64,000 nt of DNA from Candidatus Nomurabacteria bacterium (GCA_023267215.1 JAHFNS010000001.1:239507-303506); one strand, 5' to 3'; counted from the first letter of the stretch, positions 10,595 to 20,349 are shown. A program made the numbers and translations. Notes: generated by a model from the sequence alone, not told the origin.

Positions 10595-11221
10595 TTATGA
10601 AGTTATTGGTGCTGGAATAATTATATCTTCCGGACCAATGTCACTCATTATTTTCATCACTTGTTCAGCGTAACGAAGGACTATAGAAGGAGGATTGTAT
10701 GCGCGTAAAATTTGTTTGGTAGTTTTATCTGCATAATGTCTCTCAGTGTTAGGATTATTACCTCCTAAGTTTTTAGCTACTGTTTCAATAGCTTCTTCTA
10801 CAGTATCAAAACCTATCTTACAAGAACCCCATCCAAAAGGATTATTTTCTACTTTTATACAATCATTTCTACCTCCTGTAGATTCTCGAACAGCTATGGC
10901 GGGTATCAAACGCCAGTCAAGATCATTCTTTTCAGCTTCAATAACCATCTTTTCTCCTTGACCTGCTAAAGGCATACCATGATCTCTAAAATAAATATCA
11001 ATAGCATCAGCTTTTGCCTTCAGATCCTTAGCTTTTTGATCTAACTCCTGGTTAAAGGCTATTAAATCATGAGCTTCTATATTTTGTTTTTGTATAAATA
11101 CAGTTTGAACAGTATCTCTTGTAGTATTAGTTAAAATACTTCCCATTGGCACTGGAGTTCCAGCTACAAACGGTAAAAGAATAAGAGATTGAGCAAATCG
11201 TATTAAATTGTTTTTATTCAT
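10595..11221 (-). CDS. Secreted lysozyme/glucosaminidase-like protein
   Basis: RLIPAIAVRESTGG, NNPFGWG, YN..Y motifs. Confidence 0.65.
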   Translation of the reverse strand: MNKNNLIRFAQSLILLPFVAGTPVPMGSILTNTTRDTVQTVFIQKQNIEAHDLIAFNQELDQKAKDLKAKADAIDIYFRDHGMPLAGQGEKMVIEAEKNDLDWRLIPAIAVRESTGGRNDCIKVENNPFGWGSCKIGFDTVEEAIETVAKNLGGNNPNTERHYADKTTKQILRAYNPPSIVLRYAEQVMKIMSDIGPEDIIIPAPITS

Positions 11222-11324
11222 ATTTGAGCGGTATGTGCTCCGCCAACTTCATATAGCTTTTTAGCTTTTACTGAAAAATCCTTATTTAATAGTTGTTTAA
11301 CCTATTTAACAAAGACATACTTAT

Positions 11325-11353
11325 ATACTAGCATACTCCATATTAAAAGTCAA
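11325..11353 (-). promoter_or_regulatory. sigma70 promoter
   Basis: TTGACT-17 nt-TAGTAT with extended TG. Confidence 0.6.
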
Positions 11354-11473
11354 TAGCAAGACATCATTTTAGTCATATGTCAAACTCAAAAAAGCTTGTA
11401 AAATAAGGATATTTTACAAGGTCACCATTGACAAATAAGGCTAAAATATGAATAATTTAGCCTCTGGGGATAA

Positions 11474-11522
11474 AAAGAAGGGCCGGCCTTCTCTGGATTT
11501 TAGAGAAAGTCGGCCCTTCTTT
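11474..11522. repeat. Inverted doublet of AGG-N5-CCT hairpins downstream of murC
   Basis: AGAAGG-GCCGG-CCTTCT ... AGAAAG-TCGGC-CCTTCT. Confidence 0.7.
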
Positions 11523-12853
11523 TAGAATTTGAATAGTTTGTTGGCCACTTTATACGCCTCCCCGGCTCCCATTGTTACAAATACATCGTTTTCTCCAAGA
11601 TTTAGTTCCCTGATATAGGCTTCTGCTGATTCAAAGTCTGGGAAAGCCTTAGCTTTATCCCCCGCCAAGGTGATAGCAGAAGCCAGCTTCTCGCTTGAGA
11701 TACTCTCATCTTTAGCTTCTCTGGCAAAGAAAATAGGTAACAGGAAAATATTGTCTGCTCTCTTGAAACATTTAGCAAAGTCGTTAAATAGGGCTTTCGT
11801 CCTACTGTAGAGATGAGGCTGAAATAGAATTGTAATTTTTTTGGCTGGCTTGCCCTCCGAAGCTTTAGCGGAGGAGGGATAGATCTCTCGTAATGCTTCT
11901 AGGCTCGCCTTTATCTCTGTCGGATGATGAGCATAGTCATCATATACAATGGTACCTTCTTTGGTTTCCCCTCTTTTTTCCAATCTACGCCAAGTGCCAG
12001 AAAATTCGCTTAAAGCTTTCTTTGTAATTTCTTCATCAATATTTAAAAACTCTGCCACGGCCATAGCGGATGCCGCATTCATTCTGTTGTGTTCCCCTGG
12101 CACAGAAAGTTTCGGAACTTTATCTAAATATTTTGTGTAATCAATAACCTTTGCTTTATGTTCCTTTTTTAGAACATTAGAAACAGAAATACTGTTCGGG
12201 TCGCAAACTATAAAACTATCAGTTTGGTTTACCATTTCAGAAAAAGCAGATTCAATATCTTTTATATCTTTATAATAGTCCAAATGGTCTGCTTCAATAT
12301 TTGTGATAACCAAAATTTTAGGTTTTATATTTAAAAAAGATCTTTTGTATTCACAAGCTTCCACTACAAAAATATCACTTTCCCCTATTACTAAATTTGA
12401 ATTTGTTTCTTTTAGTAAAGACCCAACTATTACTGAAGGGTCTTTATCTGTATCAATTAAAATTTTTGAAATCATTGCAGTTGTTGTGGTTTTACCGTGA
12501 GTGCCAGAAACTGCTATTGTATTTTTATTTTCAGTTAAAATTCCAAGCATTTCTGGATAAGATTTTGATAATATTTTAGAATCTTTTATTTGTTTAAAAA
12601 TTTTAGAATCGTATTCTTCTATAGACCTAGTATAAACAATAAGCTCCGTATCAGCAGGTATATTTTCATAAGATTGACCTATCATAATTTTTGCTCCCAA
12701 TTTACTTAATTCATCAACCATTTTCCCCTCTTGCATATCCTGTCCAGTTACATCTTTACCCTCTGAAAGCATTAATCTGGCAACAGCTGAAATACCTATT
12801 CCCCCGATTCCAACGAAGTGTATATTTTTAATTTTTTGTAAATCTAGATTCAT
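11522..12853 (-). CDS. murC: UDP-N-acetylmuramate--L-alanine ligase
   Basis: GIGGIGISA, GTHGKTTT, DDYAHHPTE, FQPH. Confidence 0.95.
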   Translation of the reverse strand: MNLDLQKIKNIHFVGIGGIGISAVARLMLSEGKDVTGQDMQEGKMVDELSKLGAKIMIGQSYENIPADTELIVYTRSIEEYDSKIFKQIKDSKILSKSYPEMLGILTENKNTIAVSGTHGKTTTTAMISKILIDTDKDPSVIVGSLLKETNSNLVIGESDIFVVEACEYKRSFLNIKPKILVITNIEADHLDYYKDIKDIESAFSEMVNQTDSFIVCDPNSISVSNVLKKEHKAKVIDYTKYLDKVPKLSVPGEHNRMNAASAMAVAEFLNIDEEITKKALSEFSGTWRRLEKRGETKEGTIVYDDYAHHPTEIKASLEALREIYPSSAKASEGKPAKKITILFQPHLYSRTKALFNDFAKCFKRADNIFLLPIFFAREAKDESISSEKLASAITLAGDKAKAFPDFESAEAYIRELNLGENDVFVTMGAGEAYKVANKLFKF

Positions 12854-14217
12854 TTTAATTTTTTAACTATTTTCATAAACAAATCATTTCTTTCATATTC
12901 ATTATTAAATTGCCCGAAGGAGGCAAAAGCGGGAGAGAAAAGAATGACATCTCCTCGTGAGGCAAGACCTAACGCAGTTTTTACAGCTTCATTTAGATTT
13001 TTTACTTTTTTGTTTGGTATTTTTATTTTGTAATTTTTAAGTATCTTTTCTGTGCCACTGCCAGGAATAAAAACTACTGCCTTACAAAAAGTATTTACTA
13101 TATTTACAAAAAGATTCAAATCCAGATTTTTATCCGCACCGCCACAAATCAAAACTATTTTCCCTTCTTTGCCCGCTTGATAAAGAGCCTTAATGCCAGC
13201 AATAGTGGCTTCTAGCGTCGTCGCATTATTATCGTTATAAATTTTTACCCCTTTAACCATCTTTATGTATTGCAATCTTCCTTCTAACCCTTTAAATTTT
13301 TGAACCGTATTTTTTACTCTTGCTGTAGGAATATTGAAAAGTTTAGCTACTTCCACGGCGCAAGCGAGATTTTCTCTTTGATGCTCTCCAGGAACAATGA
13401 ATTTGTACCCTTCTGTTGTTTTTATATCAGCCACAATTAATTTTGATTTTATATTCTTATTTATGAGTTTTTTAACATGTGGTCGCACAATCAGATAATC
13501 TCCCTTTTTTTGATATTTAAAAATATTCGCTTTGTCGTCAAAATATTTTTCCATATTATCTTTATAATAATTCATATGGTCAGGCATGAAACTCGTAAAC
13601 ACAGCTATGTGTGGCGAAAAACCAGTATCACCAACTTGTCTGCCGAATTTTTGATGGCGGAAACCTTGCAGTTGCCAAGAATCAAGCTCGCAAATTAAAA
13701 TATCATTCTCTTTTACTTTTTTAAGAAGTGGAAGAGTTGCCACTCCTCTAACATTCCCTCCAATATATACTTTTCTTTTTAAGAATTTCTCATTTTTTTT
13801 CAGAATTTCATAGATAAGAGTCGTCACCATAGATTTACCTCTCGTCCCCGTCACACCCACTATCATCACTTCCGGTGCACATTTTGCGAAAAGCGACACA
13901 TCCATCTCTACAGGTATTTTGTTTTTTCTCGCTTCTTTTATATAAATAGAATCAAGTGGAACACCAGCAGCTTTTATAACCATGTCTCTGTTTCGAAAGT
14001 CTTCTAACCTGTGTTCTCCCAAAACAAACTTAATATCTTTATGTTTAGCCAGAGCTTTTACAGAAGTTGCCAATTGCTTTCTTGTTTTCAAATCCGTCAC
14101 GATCAAATTCGCCCCGCATTCCGCGAAAAATTTAGTGTACCCAAGCCCACGTCCCAAAAGCCCTAGCCCCATGACTGTGATTTTCTTTCCCTTAAATTGT
14201 TTTTTATAATCTTGCAT
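12850..14217 (-). CDS. murD: UDP-MurNAc-L-Ala--D-glutamate ligase
   Basis: VTGTRGKS, GGN, ELDSWQL, SPAFASFGQF. Confidence 0.93.
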   Translation of the reverse strand: MQDYKKQFKGKKITVMGLGLLGRGLGYTKFFAECGANLIVTDLKTRKQLATSVKALAKHKDIKFVLGEHRLEDFRNRDMVIKAAGVPLDSIYIKEARKNKIPVEMDVSLFAKCAPEVMIVGVTGTRGKSMVTTLIYEILKKNEKFLKRKVYIGGNVRGVATLPLLKKVKENDILICELDSWQLQGFRHQKFGRQVGDTGFSPHIAVFTSFMPDHMNYYKDNMEKYFDDKANIFKYQKKGDYLIVRPHVKKLINKNIKSKLIVADIKTTEGYKFIVPGEHQRENLACAVEVAKLFNIPTARVKNTVQKFKGLEGRLQYIKMVKGVKIYNDNNATTLEATIAGIKALYQAGKEGKIVLICGGADKNLDLNLFVNIVNTFCKAVVFIPGSGTEKILKNYKIKIPNKKVKNLNEAVKTALGLASRGDVILFSPAFASFGQFNNEYERNDLFMKIVKKLK

Positions 14218-14264
14218 AATTTTATACTTAACACTTTCTGACGATCGTTTAAAACTGTTAACAA

Positions 14265-15551
14265 TTATTTAAATATTTTCTTAAACTCTTCTATATCATC
14301 AAAATGCGACTTCACTCCTTTTATTTCTTGATAATCTTCATGCCCTTTACCAGCACAAAGAATCACATCTCCTTTGTTTGCTAATTCCACAGATTGCTCT
14401 ATGGCCAAGCGACGATCCACAATAGTTATCACTTTCTTATTTTCTTCGTGAGTCAAATCCCCTTTCATGTCATCAATTATTTTATCAGGGTTTTCACTCC
14501 TCGGATTGTCGGAAGTAAAAATGGCAATGTCTGACAAATCTGCTCCTATCTTCCCCATTTTAGAACGTTTTGATTTATCACGATCACCACCACAACCAAA
14601 AACAGAGATAATCCTTCCCGCCTCGGGCTTAATTTCTTTCACAGCTAAAAGAATTTTTTCCAACGCATCTGGCGAGTGAGCATAATCTACAACAACTAAG
14701 ACGCCTTCTCTAGAAGTGAAATGTTCAAATCTTCCTCTTGGAGGCTGTATTCTCTCTAAAACCTTATTAACCTTCCCCATATCAAAAAAAAGAAGTTTGG
14801 AAGCGCCCCAAACAGCAAGCAAATTGTAAGCATTAAATTTTCCTAAAAGTTTTGAATTTACTTTTTCTCCATTGAAATCAAGTTCTAGTCCATTAAAATC
14901 TGATTTTAAAATTTTGCCATAAAAGTTTTCTTCCCCAAAGACGGTCTTCGGGGAGTTTCCCCGAAGACCGTCTTTGGGGAATTCTATAAAACCATAAAAG
15001 AACTTTTCTGCCTTAATGTCATCAAGCATTCCATTACCATAATCATCATCCATATTTGAGAGAGCAAAAGCAGTCCTAGGCAACATTTCAAAAAATTTCT
15101 TTTTAGCCTTGAAATAATTTTCAAAATCTCTGTGGTAATCCAAATGGTCGTGCGTTAGATTAGTGAAAATTCCACCAGTGAAATTTATCCCCGTTACCCT
15201 ATTTTGATCGAGTGCATGAGAAGAAACCTCCATAAATACATATTCACAGCCTTTTTCTACCATTTCCTTAAAAATCTTCGTCAAAGAAACAGAATCTGGG
15301 GTGGTAGCCGGGATTGGTTTATTAGAGTTTAATTGTAACTTTTCTTTCCCTACCAATATTTCTACAGTACTAATAAGTCCAGCCTTGTAGCCCAATTCTA
15401 TTGCTACTTCATATAAAAGAGTCGCTGTCGTCGTCTTGCCATTTGTCCCCGTCACGCCAATTATCTTTAATTTTCTAGATGGGTTTCCATAACGAATTCT
15501 CGCTACAAAAAGTTTCCCCGCCCACCATATATTTTTTAATTTCTTTAACAT
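14265..15551 (-). CDS. murE: UDP-MurNAc-dipeptide--meso-DAP ligase
   Basis: TGTNGKTT, MEVSSHAL, DYAHSPDA, DNPR, GKGHE. Confidence 0.95.
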   Translation of the reverse strand: MLKKLKNIWWAGKLFVARIRYGNPSRKLKIIGVTGTNGKTTTATLLYEVAIELGYKAGLISTVEILVGKEKLQLNSNKPIPATTPDSVSLTKIFKEMVEKGCEYVFMEVSSHALDQNRVTGINFTGGIFTNLTHDHLDYHRDFENYFKAKKKFFEMLPRTAFALSNMDDDYGNGMLDDIKAEKFFYGFIEFPKDGLRGNSPKTVFGEENFYGKILKSDFNGLELDFNGEKVNSKLLGKFNAYNLLAVWGASKLLFFDMGKVNKVLERIQPPRGRFEHFTSREGVLVVVDYAHSPDALEKILLAVKEIKPEAGRIISVFGCGGDRDKSKRSKMGKIGADLSDIAIFTSDNPRSENPDKIIDDMKGDLTHEENKKVITIVDRRLAIEQSVELANKGDVILCAGKGHEDYQEIKGVKSHFDDIEEFKKIFK

Positions 15552-15552
15552 A

Positions 15553-15765
15553 TTATTTCATTTTTTTAAATCTATCAACTTTCTTCCCATCCACAACAGT
15601 TTTTTCTAAAAATATCTTGAGTGGTCTTATCCACAATCCTTTTTCTCCATAAAGTGCTTTATAAACAACAAAATCTTCCAGGGTTTCGCTATGCTTAGCT
15701 ACTCCAATCACCTTATATTTTCCTCCCTTGAAATGTTTATATTTCCCAAGTTCTACCTTTTTCAT
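15553..15765 (-). CDS. DUF1653 family protein
   Basis: GKYKHFKG..AKHSET..VVYKALY..WIRP. Confidence 0.9.
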   Translation of the reverse strand: MKKVELGKYKHFKGGKYKVIGVAKHSETLEDFVVYKALYGEKGLWIRPLKIFLEKTVVDGKKVDRFKKMK

Positions 15766-15813
15766 AAATTTTATAAACTTCTTAACCTAACATATATATT
15801 AGACTAATAATTT

Positions 15814-18378
15814 TTAATTTATTAAAGACTTACGATGCTGAGGGGCATTTATGAGTCCGCATTTTTTATATTTATAGACTTCCCCTGTGGCTGGATTGAT
15901 AGCCCCGCAAGGACAAGGATCATTCCTACCTACATTCATGTTATCTTCAATTGTTTTTTTGGTGTCTGAAAATTCGGGAGATTCGGTATGGCTTGTGATG
16001 AAGGCTTGCCCCGCCTGAGATAGGCGGGGTGAACTTTCGGCCTCACTTACTTCTGCTTCTACGTTTATCCTACTTTCAGTATTAATAGTCTCAACAAGCG
16101 AAAAAACCTGTTCCTTAAAGGCTTCTTCCATGCCTCGAAACATCATTAACCCTTCTTTTTTGTATTCTACTATCGGTTCCCTTTGTCCATAAGCACGTAA
16201 ATTTACAGAAGAACGTAAATAATCCATAGCTTCCAAATGTTCCATCCAGAGAGTGTCTGTGGTATAGAGAGCAATCCTACGAACAGTTTCAAAAAATGCC
16301 TCCTCGCCAAGTTTTTCTTTCTTTTCTTTTACTATTTTTCCAAATTTTTCTTTGTCTTCGTAATTTTCTTCAATCTGAATTAATAACTTTTCTATCTCCT
16401 CTTTATTAGAGCGCATCATTTTCTGTCGTCTTTCGTAAATAATTTTACGTTGATGGTTCATAACATCATCATATTCAAGGGTATTTTTACGAGCATCAAA
16501 ATGAAAACCTTCTATTTTAGCTTGAGCATTTTCAAGTGATCGACTGATAAAACCATTTTCTATCGGTACATCTTCTGGAATACCAAAACGACCCATCATG
16601 GTTTTTATCCGTTCTGATCCAAAGACTCTCATCAAATCATCTTCAAGTGAAACATAAAATTGAGTTTCTCCTGGATCTCCTTGTCTGCCTGCGCGACCTC
16701 GAAGTTGATTGTCTATTCTCCTCGCTTCATGACGTTCAGTGCCAAGCACAAATAAACCGCCAATATTTTTTACAAATTCATATTCTTCTTTTTTTATAGG
16801 ATTCCCTCCAAGTTTGATATCTATGCCACGACCAGCCATGTTTGTGGCAATAGTCACAGCACCTCTACGGCCCGCTTGTGCAATTATTTCTCCTTCTTTT
16901 TCGTGGTTCTTAGCATTCAAAATAACATGTGGAACACCTTCTTGTTTTAAATAAACAGATAAAAGTTCATTCTTCTCAATAGAAATAGTACCGATCAAAA
17001 CTGGCTGACCGTGTTCATTTAATTCTTTAACTTTTTTAGCGATAGCTTTGAACTTACCCTTTTCATTTTGAAAAATTAAGTCTGAATGATCTCCGCGAAT
17101 TACTGGTCGATTGGTTGGAATCACTATCACATCTAAGCCATAAACTTTTAAAAATTCTTCAGCAGAAGTAAGAGCTGTTCCTGTCATTCCTCCTAACTTT
17201 TTATAAAATCTAAAATAATTCTGGAAAGTAATAGAGCCACTGGACCTCGTCTCTTTTTCTATTTTTACACCTTCTTTGGCTTCAATCGCTTGGTGAATCC
17301 CTTCAGACCATCTTCGGCCAGGCTGAAGTCTACCAGTAAATGGATCAACAATAATAACTTCCCCTTCTTTTACTACGTAGTCTCGATCACGTTCGAAAAT
17401 TGCTTGAGCTTTCACAGCGGTTTCTAAATGATGCACATATTTTATACCTTTTTCAGTATAAATATTTTGTATTCCTAGTAAATTTTCAGCTTTTGTTATA
17501 CCTTCATCTGTTAAAGTAATCGCTTTTAATTTTTCATCTACTTTATAATCAGTATCTTTTTTTAATTGTTTGGCAATTTGGTAAAATTTAACATAAAAAT
17601 CTTCTGAATCACCAGAAGAAGAAGAAATAATAAGTGGAGTTCGAGCTTCATCTATTAAAATAGAGTCCACTTCGTCGACTATCGCAAAATAATGTCCTCT
17701 TTGCACAAGATCATTTATATTTGTTGCTAAATTGTCGCGCAAATAATCAAAACCATATTCATGATTTGTACCATAAGTGATATCTGCATTATAAGCTTCT
17801 TTGCGAGAACAAGGTTTTAAAAATTCATAAAGTATTTTAAATTCTGAAATTTTTTCTTCCTCTGTGTTTTCTTTGTGTGCTGGATCATAACGATAAGAAA
17901 CATTTTGAGAATTAATTACTCCTGTCAAAAGTCCTAAAAAATTATAGACTTGCCCCATAAGCACCGCGTCTCGACGAGCCAAATAATCATTCACAGTGAT
18001 CAAATGTACCCCTTCTCCAGTTAGAGCATTTAAATAAATCGGCAATGGAGCAACGTTGGTTTTTCCTTCACCAGTTTTCATTTCAGCGATCTTGCCCTTA
18101 TGAAGAGCAATACCTCCGACAAGCTGAACATCATAAAGCCTGATTCCTAGGGTTCTCTTTTGTGCTTCTCGAACAAGAGCAAAAGCTTCTGGTAAAATAT
18201 CATCTAGGCTTTCTTTTTTGGCTAATCTTTCTTTAAATTCTAAGGTCTTTTTTGGGAAATCCTCATCTAATAACTTTGAAATATCAGCTTCAAAAGCATT
18301 AATTTTGGCCACTATTTCTTTAGTGTCTTTTATGAACTTAGAACTTGTATCACCGAATATTTTGCTATATAAACTCAT
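15814..18378 (-). CDS. secA: Preprotein translocase SecA
   Basis: MKTGEGKT, DEVDSILIDEARTPLIIS, TNMAGRG, GRNDPCPCG. Confidence 0.97.
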   Translation of the reverse strand: MSLYSKIFGDTSSKFIKDTKEIVAKINAFEADISKLLDEDFPKKTLEFKERLAKKESLDDILPEAFALVREAQKRTLGIRLYDVQLVGGIALHKGKIAEMKTGEGKTNVAPLPIYLNALTGEGVHLITVNDYLARRDAVLMGQVYNFLGLLTGVINSQNVSYRYDPAHKENTEEEKISEFKILYEFLKPCSRKEAYNADITYGTNHEYGFDYLRDNLATNINDLVQRGHYFAIVDEVDSILIDEARTPLIISSSSGDSEDFYVKFYQIAKQLKKDTDYKVDEKLKAITLTDEGITKAENLLGIQNIYTEKGIKYVHHLETAVKAQAIFERDRDYVVKEGEVIIVDPFTGRLQPGRRWSEGIHQAIEAKEGVKIEKETRSSGSITFQNYFRFYKKLGGMTGTALTSAEEFLKVYGLDVIVIPTNRPVIRGDHSDLIFQNEKGKFKAIAKKVKELNEHGQPVLIGTISIEKNELLSVYLKQEGVPHVILNAKNHEKEGEIIAQAGRRGAVTIATNMAGRGIDIKLGGNPIKKEEYEFVKNIGGLFVLGTERHEARRIDNQLRGRAGRQGDPGETQFYVSLEDDLMRVFGSERIKTMMGRFGIPEDVPIENGFISRSLENAQAKIEGFHFDARKNTLEYDDVMNHQRKIIYERRQKMMRSNKEEIEKLLIQIEENYEDKEKFGKIVKEKKEKLGEEAFFETVRRIALYTTDTLWMEHLEAMDYLRSSVNLRAYGQREPIVEYKKEGLMMFRGMEEAFKEQVFSLVETINTESRINVEAEVSEAESSPRLSQAGQAFITSHTESPEFSDTKKTIEDNMNVGRNDPCPCGAINPATGEVYKYKKCGLINAPQHRKSLIN

Positions 18379-18406
18379 ATATATATCTTAACATATATAG
18401 GCACAA

Positions 18407-18445
18407 CTAAAAAATCCTCCTAACCTAAGTCGGAGAATTTTTTAG
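18407..18445 (-). terminator. Terminator after the small basic peptide gene
   Basis: Hairpin CTAAAAAAT.CTCC/GGAG.ATTTTTTAG. Confidence 0.5.
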
Positions 18446-18458
18446 AAGTAGGAAAAGA

Positions 18459-18524
18459 CTATGCTCGCTTCTTTGTTGTCTTTTTTGCTTTTGCCTTCTT
18501 TGCAACTTTCTTTTTTGCTGCCAT
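18459..18524 (-). CDS. 21-aa Lys/Ala-rich histone-H1-like peptide MAAKKKVAKKAKAKKTTKKRA
   Basis: Read manually, below the ORF-track cut-off; ATG..TAG, A-rich leader, terminator downstream. Confidence 0.65.
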   Translation of the reverse strand: MAAKKKVAKKAKAKKTTKKRA

Positions 18525-18868
18525 ATTATTTTTTGTGCTAGCTTCACTAGAAGTGAAATTCGCAAAATTATTTTTTAATTTAGTTTGCAATAATACGACC
18601 TCAAAATATTTTTCAATTAAAAAGAAAAATATTTTTAATTAATTACTGCTGAACAATTTAATTATCTCGCATATTAAAAAAGAACACAATACTTTTTTCA
18701 CAAAACTGTGGATAACTTTTTAAAAATAAAAAATCTGCAAAAATATTTTTGCAGATTTTTTATTTTATTATTTTCATTTGAAGCGGGTGATGGCGAAACT
18801 CCAACATATGTGCCTATGTGAGTGCGATCACCCGCTACAGATAAAAATAATTTGATAGTTAAATTATA

Positions 18869-19741
18869 TCATAATAATACGTTATCAAAAATATGCTCAA
18901 TGACTTGATGCATATTCGTACCCACTAAACCACAAACTTGTGAAAGATGTGACTCTGGTTTCAGATCTGGAATCATCTCAAAATTTAACAAATATACCTT
19001 ATTTCTTTTATCTAAAATAAAATCTAATTTTAGATAATGCCGAACTCCCATATTCATATGTAATTTTTGGGCAATATTAATTAACTTTTCTTTCTCAGAA
19101 GAAGTAAAAGTACCAAAAGTATTTCCAAATGGAAAAGTGTATAAATTTTCCCCTCTAAAAAATGGCACCAAATGAAGAGAGGCTACTTTCCCTTCTATAA
19201 ATTCTTCAACTAAAATGTTTTTTTGATCTCTTGTTGTATTATCAAACACTTCCACTAATTCAGGAAAAGTCTTTATTAATTTAATTTCATTATTAATTTT
19301 TACAACCCAAGGTGAAGAAAATCTTTTAAAAACTTCTTGTGCATTTTTGGGAGAGACTATACATCTAGGCATTTTTATTCCCATCTTTTTAATTTTTTCC
19401 TGAAATTTTTCTTTGCTAATTTCAAAAAAAGGAGAAAAAGCCGGAATCCCAATATTTTTTATAGAATGACTTTCAAGAATATTAGAAAATCTTTGATGGG
19501 ACAAATTCCAAACCATATCTACCTTATATAATAATTTCATTGGTTCTATGGGCAAACCATTTAAATGCCAATTCCCTTCTTTATCTATCAAAATATCAAA
19601 AGGTTTATATTTATGAGATAAGTTTTCCAAAATATAAGAAATTATCTCCCCTCCTTTACGTAAAGAAGATTCGTAATGTTCATAATCACCTCCCCGCAAG
19701 ATACCTATACGTATTTTATCTTTTTCTTTTTTTTCTGGCAT
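18869..19741 (-). CDS. D-Ala--D-Ala ligase-like ATP-grasp protein (degenerate)
   Basis: GILRGG..HYESSL.GG, ILVEEFIEG; canonical HG and EVNTxPG motifs altered. Confidence 0.7.
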   Translation of the reverse strand: MPEKKEKDKIRIGILRGGDYEHYESSLRKGGEIISYILENLSHKYKPFDILIDKEGNWHLNGLPIEPMKLLYKVDMVWNLSHQRFSNILESHSIKNIGIPAFSPFFEISKEKFQEKIKKMGIKMPRCIVSPKNAQEVFKRFSSPWVVKINNEIKLIKTFPELVEVFDNTTRDQKNILVEEFIEGKVASLHLVPFFRGENLYTFPFGNTFGTFTSSEKEKLINIAQKLHMNMGVRHYLKLDFILDKRNKVYLLNFEMIPDLKPESHLSQVCGLVGTNMHQVIEHIFDNVLL

Positions 19742-19800
19742 CTAAATATTATAACACAGCTCAGCATTCTCCAGATTACATTTCATAATTAATCTTTTAG

Positions 19801-19844
19801 GCACCTCACCCCCTTACCCCCTCTCCAGATTACTGGCGAGGGGG
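19801..19844. repeat. GC-rich palindromic element upstream of DUF559
   Basis: CACCTCACCCCC-TTA-CCCCCTCTCCAG-ATTA-CTGGCGAGGGGG. Confidence 0.85.
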
Positions 19845-19864
19845 TTTCGTTATATAATTATTTA

Positions 19865-20218
19865 GTGACTCAATTTAAAACAATAATTAAAACTATATAT
19901 CTAAGAAAAAAAGAAACAAAAGCAGAAAAAATACTCTGGCAGGAATTAAGAAATAGCAATCTTGGTATAAAGTTTAGAAGACAATATCCTATTGATATGT
20001 ATATTCTTGATTTTTATGCACCTAAAATAAGACTTTCTATAGAACTTGATGGTTCTATCCATAAGCTAAAAGAAACTAAAGAATATGACGTAGAAAGAAG
20101 AATGTATTTAGAATCTAAATATATTTATGAATTAAGGTTTTGGAATTCTGAAATAGAGAATAATTTAAATTCAGTTTTAAACAAAATTAAAACAAAAATT
20201 AAAGAATTACATCACTAA
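19865..20218 (+). CDS. DUF559 / Vsr-like endonuclease
   Basis: LRK.ETKAEKILWQELR, KFRRQYPI..YILDF, IELDGSIH, LRFWNSE. Confidence 0.92.
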   Translation: MTQFKTIIKTIYLRKKETKAEKILWQELRNSNLGIKFRRQYPIDMYILDFYAPKIRLSIELDGSIHKLKETKEYDVERRMYLESKYIYELRFWNSEIENNLNSVLNKIKTKIKELHH

Positions 20219-20220
20219 AA

Positions 20221-20343
20221 TGCACCTCACCCCTTCCCCGCTCCATTTTAATAAAATGGAGCGGGGTTGATGCGAAGCAGACGGGGTGAGGTGCATTTTT
20301 CTCCCCTCTCTGGTACTCCGGAGAGGGGGCAGGGGGTGAGGTG
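20221..20343. repeat. Two GC-rich palindromic elements downstream of DUF559
   Basis: 20221-20295 and 20302-20343, both ending GGGGTGAGGTG. Confidence 0.85.
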
Positions 20344-20349
20344 TATTAA

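Noticed and set aside
18540-18860. Replication origin
   Set aside because: AT-rich but only one DnaA box, and no dnaA/dnaN nearby
19801-20343. CRISPR array
   Set aside because: Repeats are degenerate, inverted and irregularly spaced; no cas genes in the window
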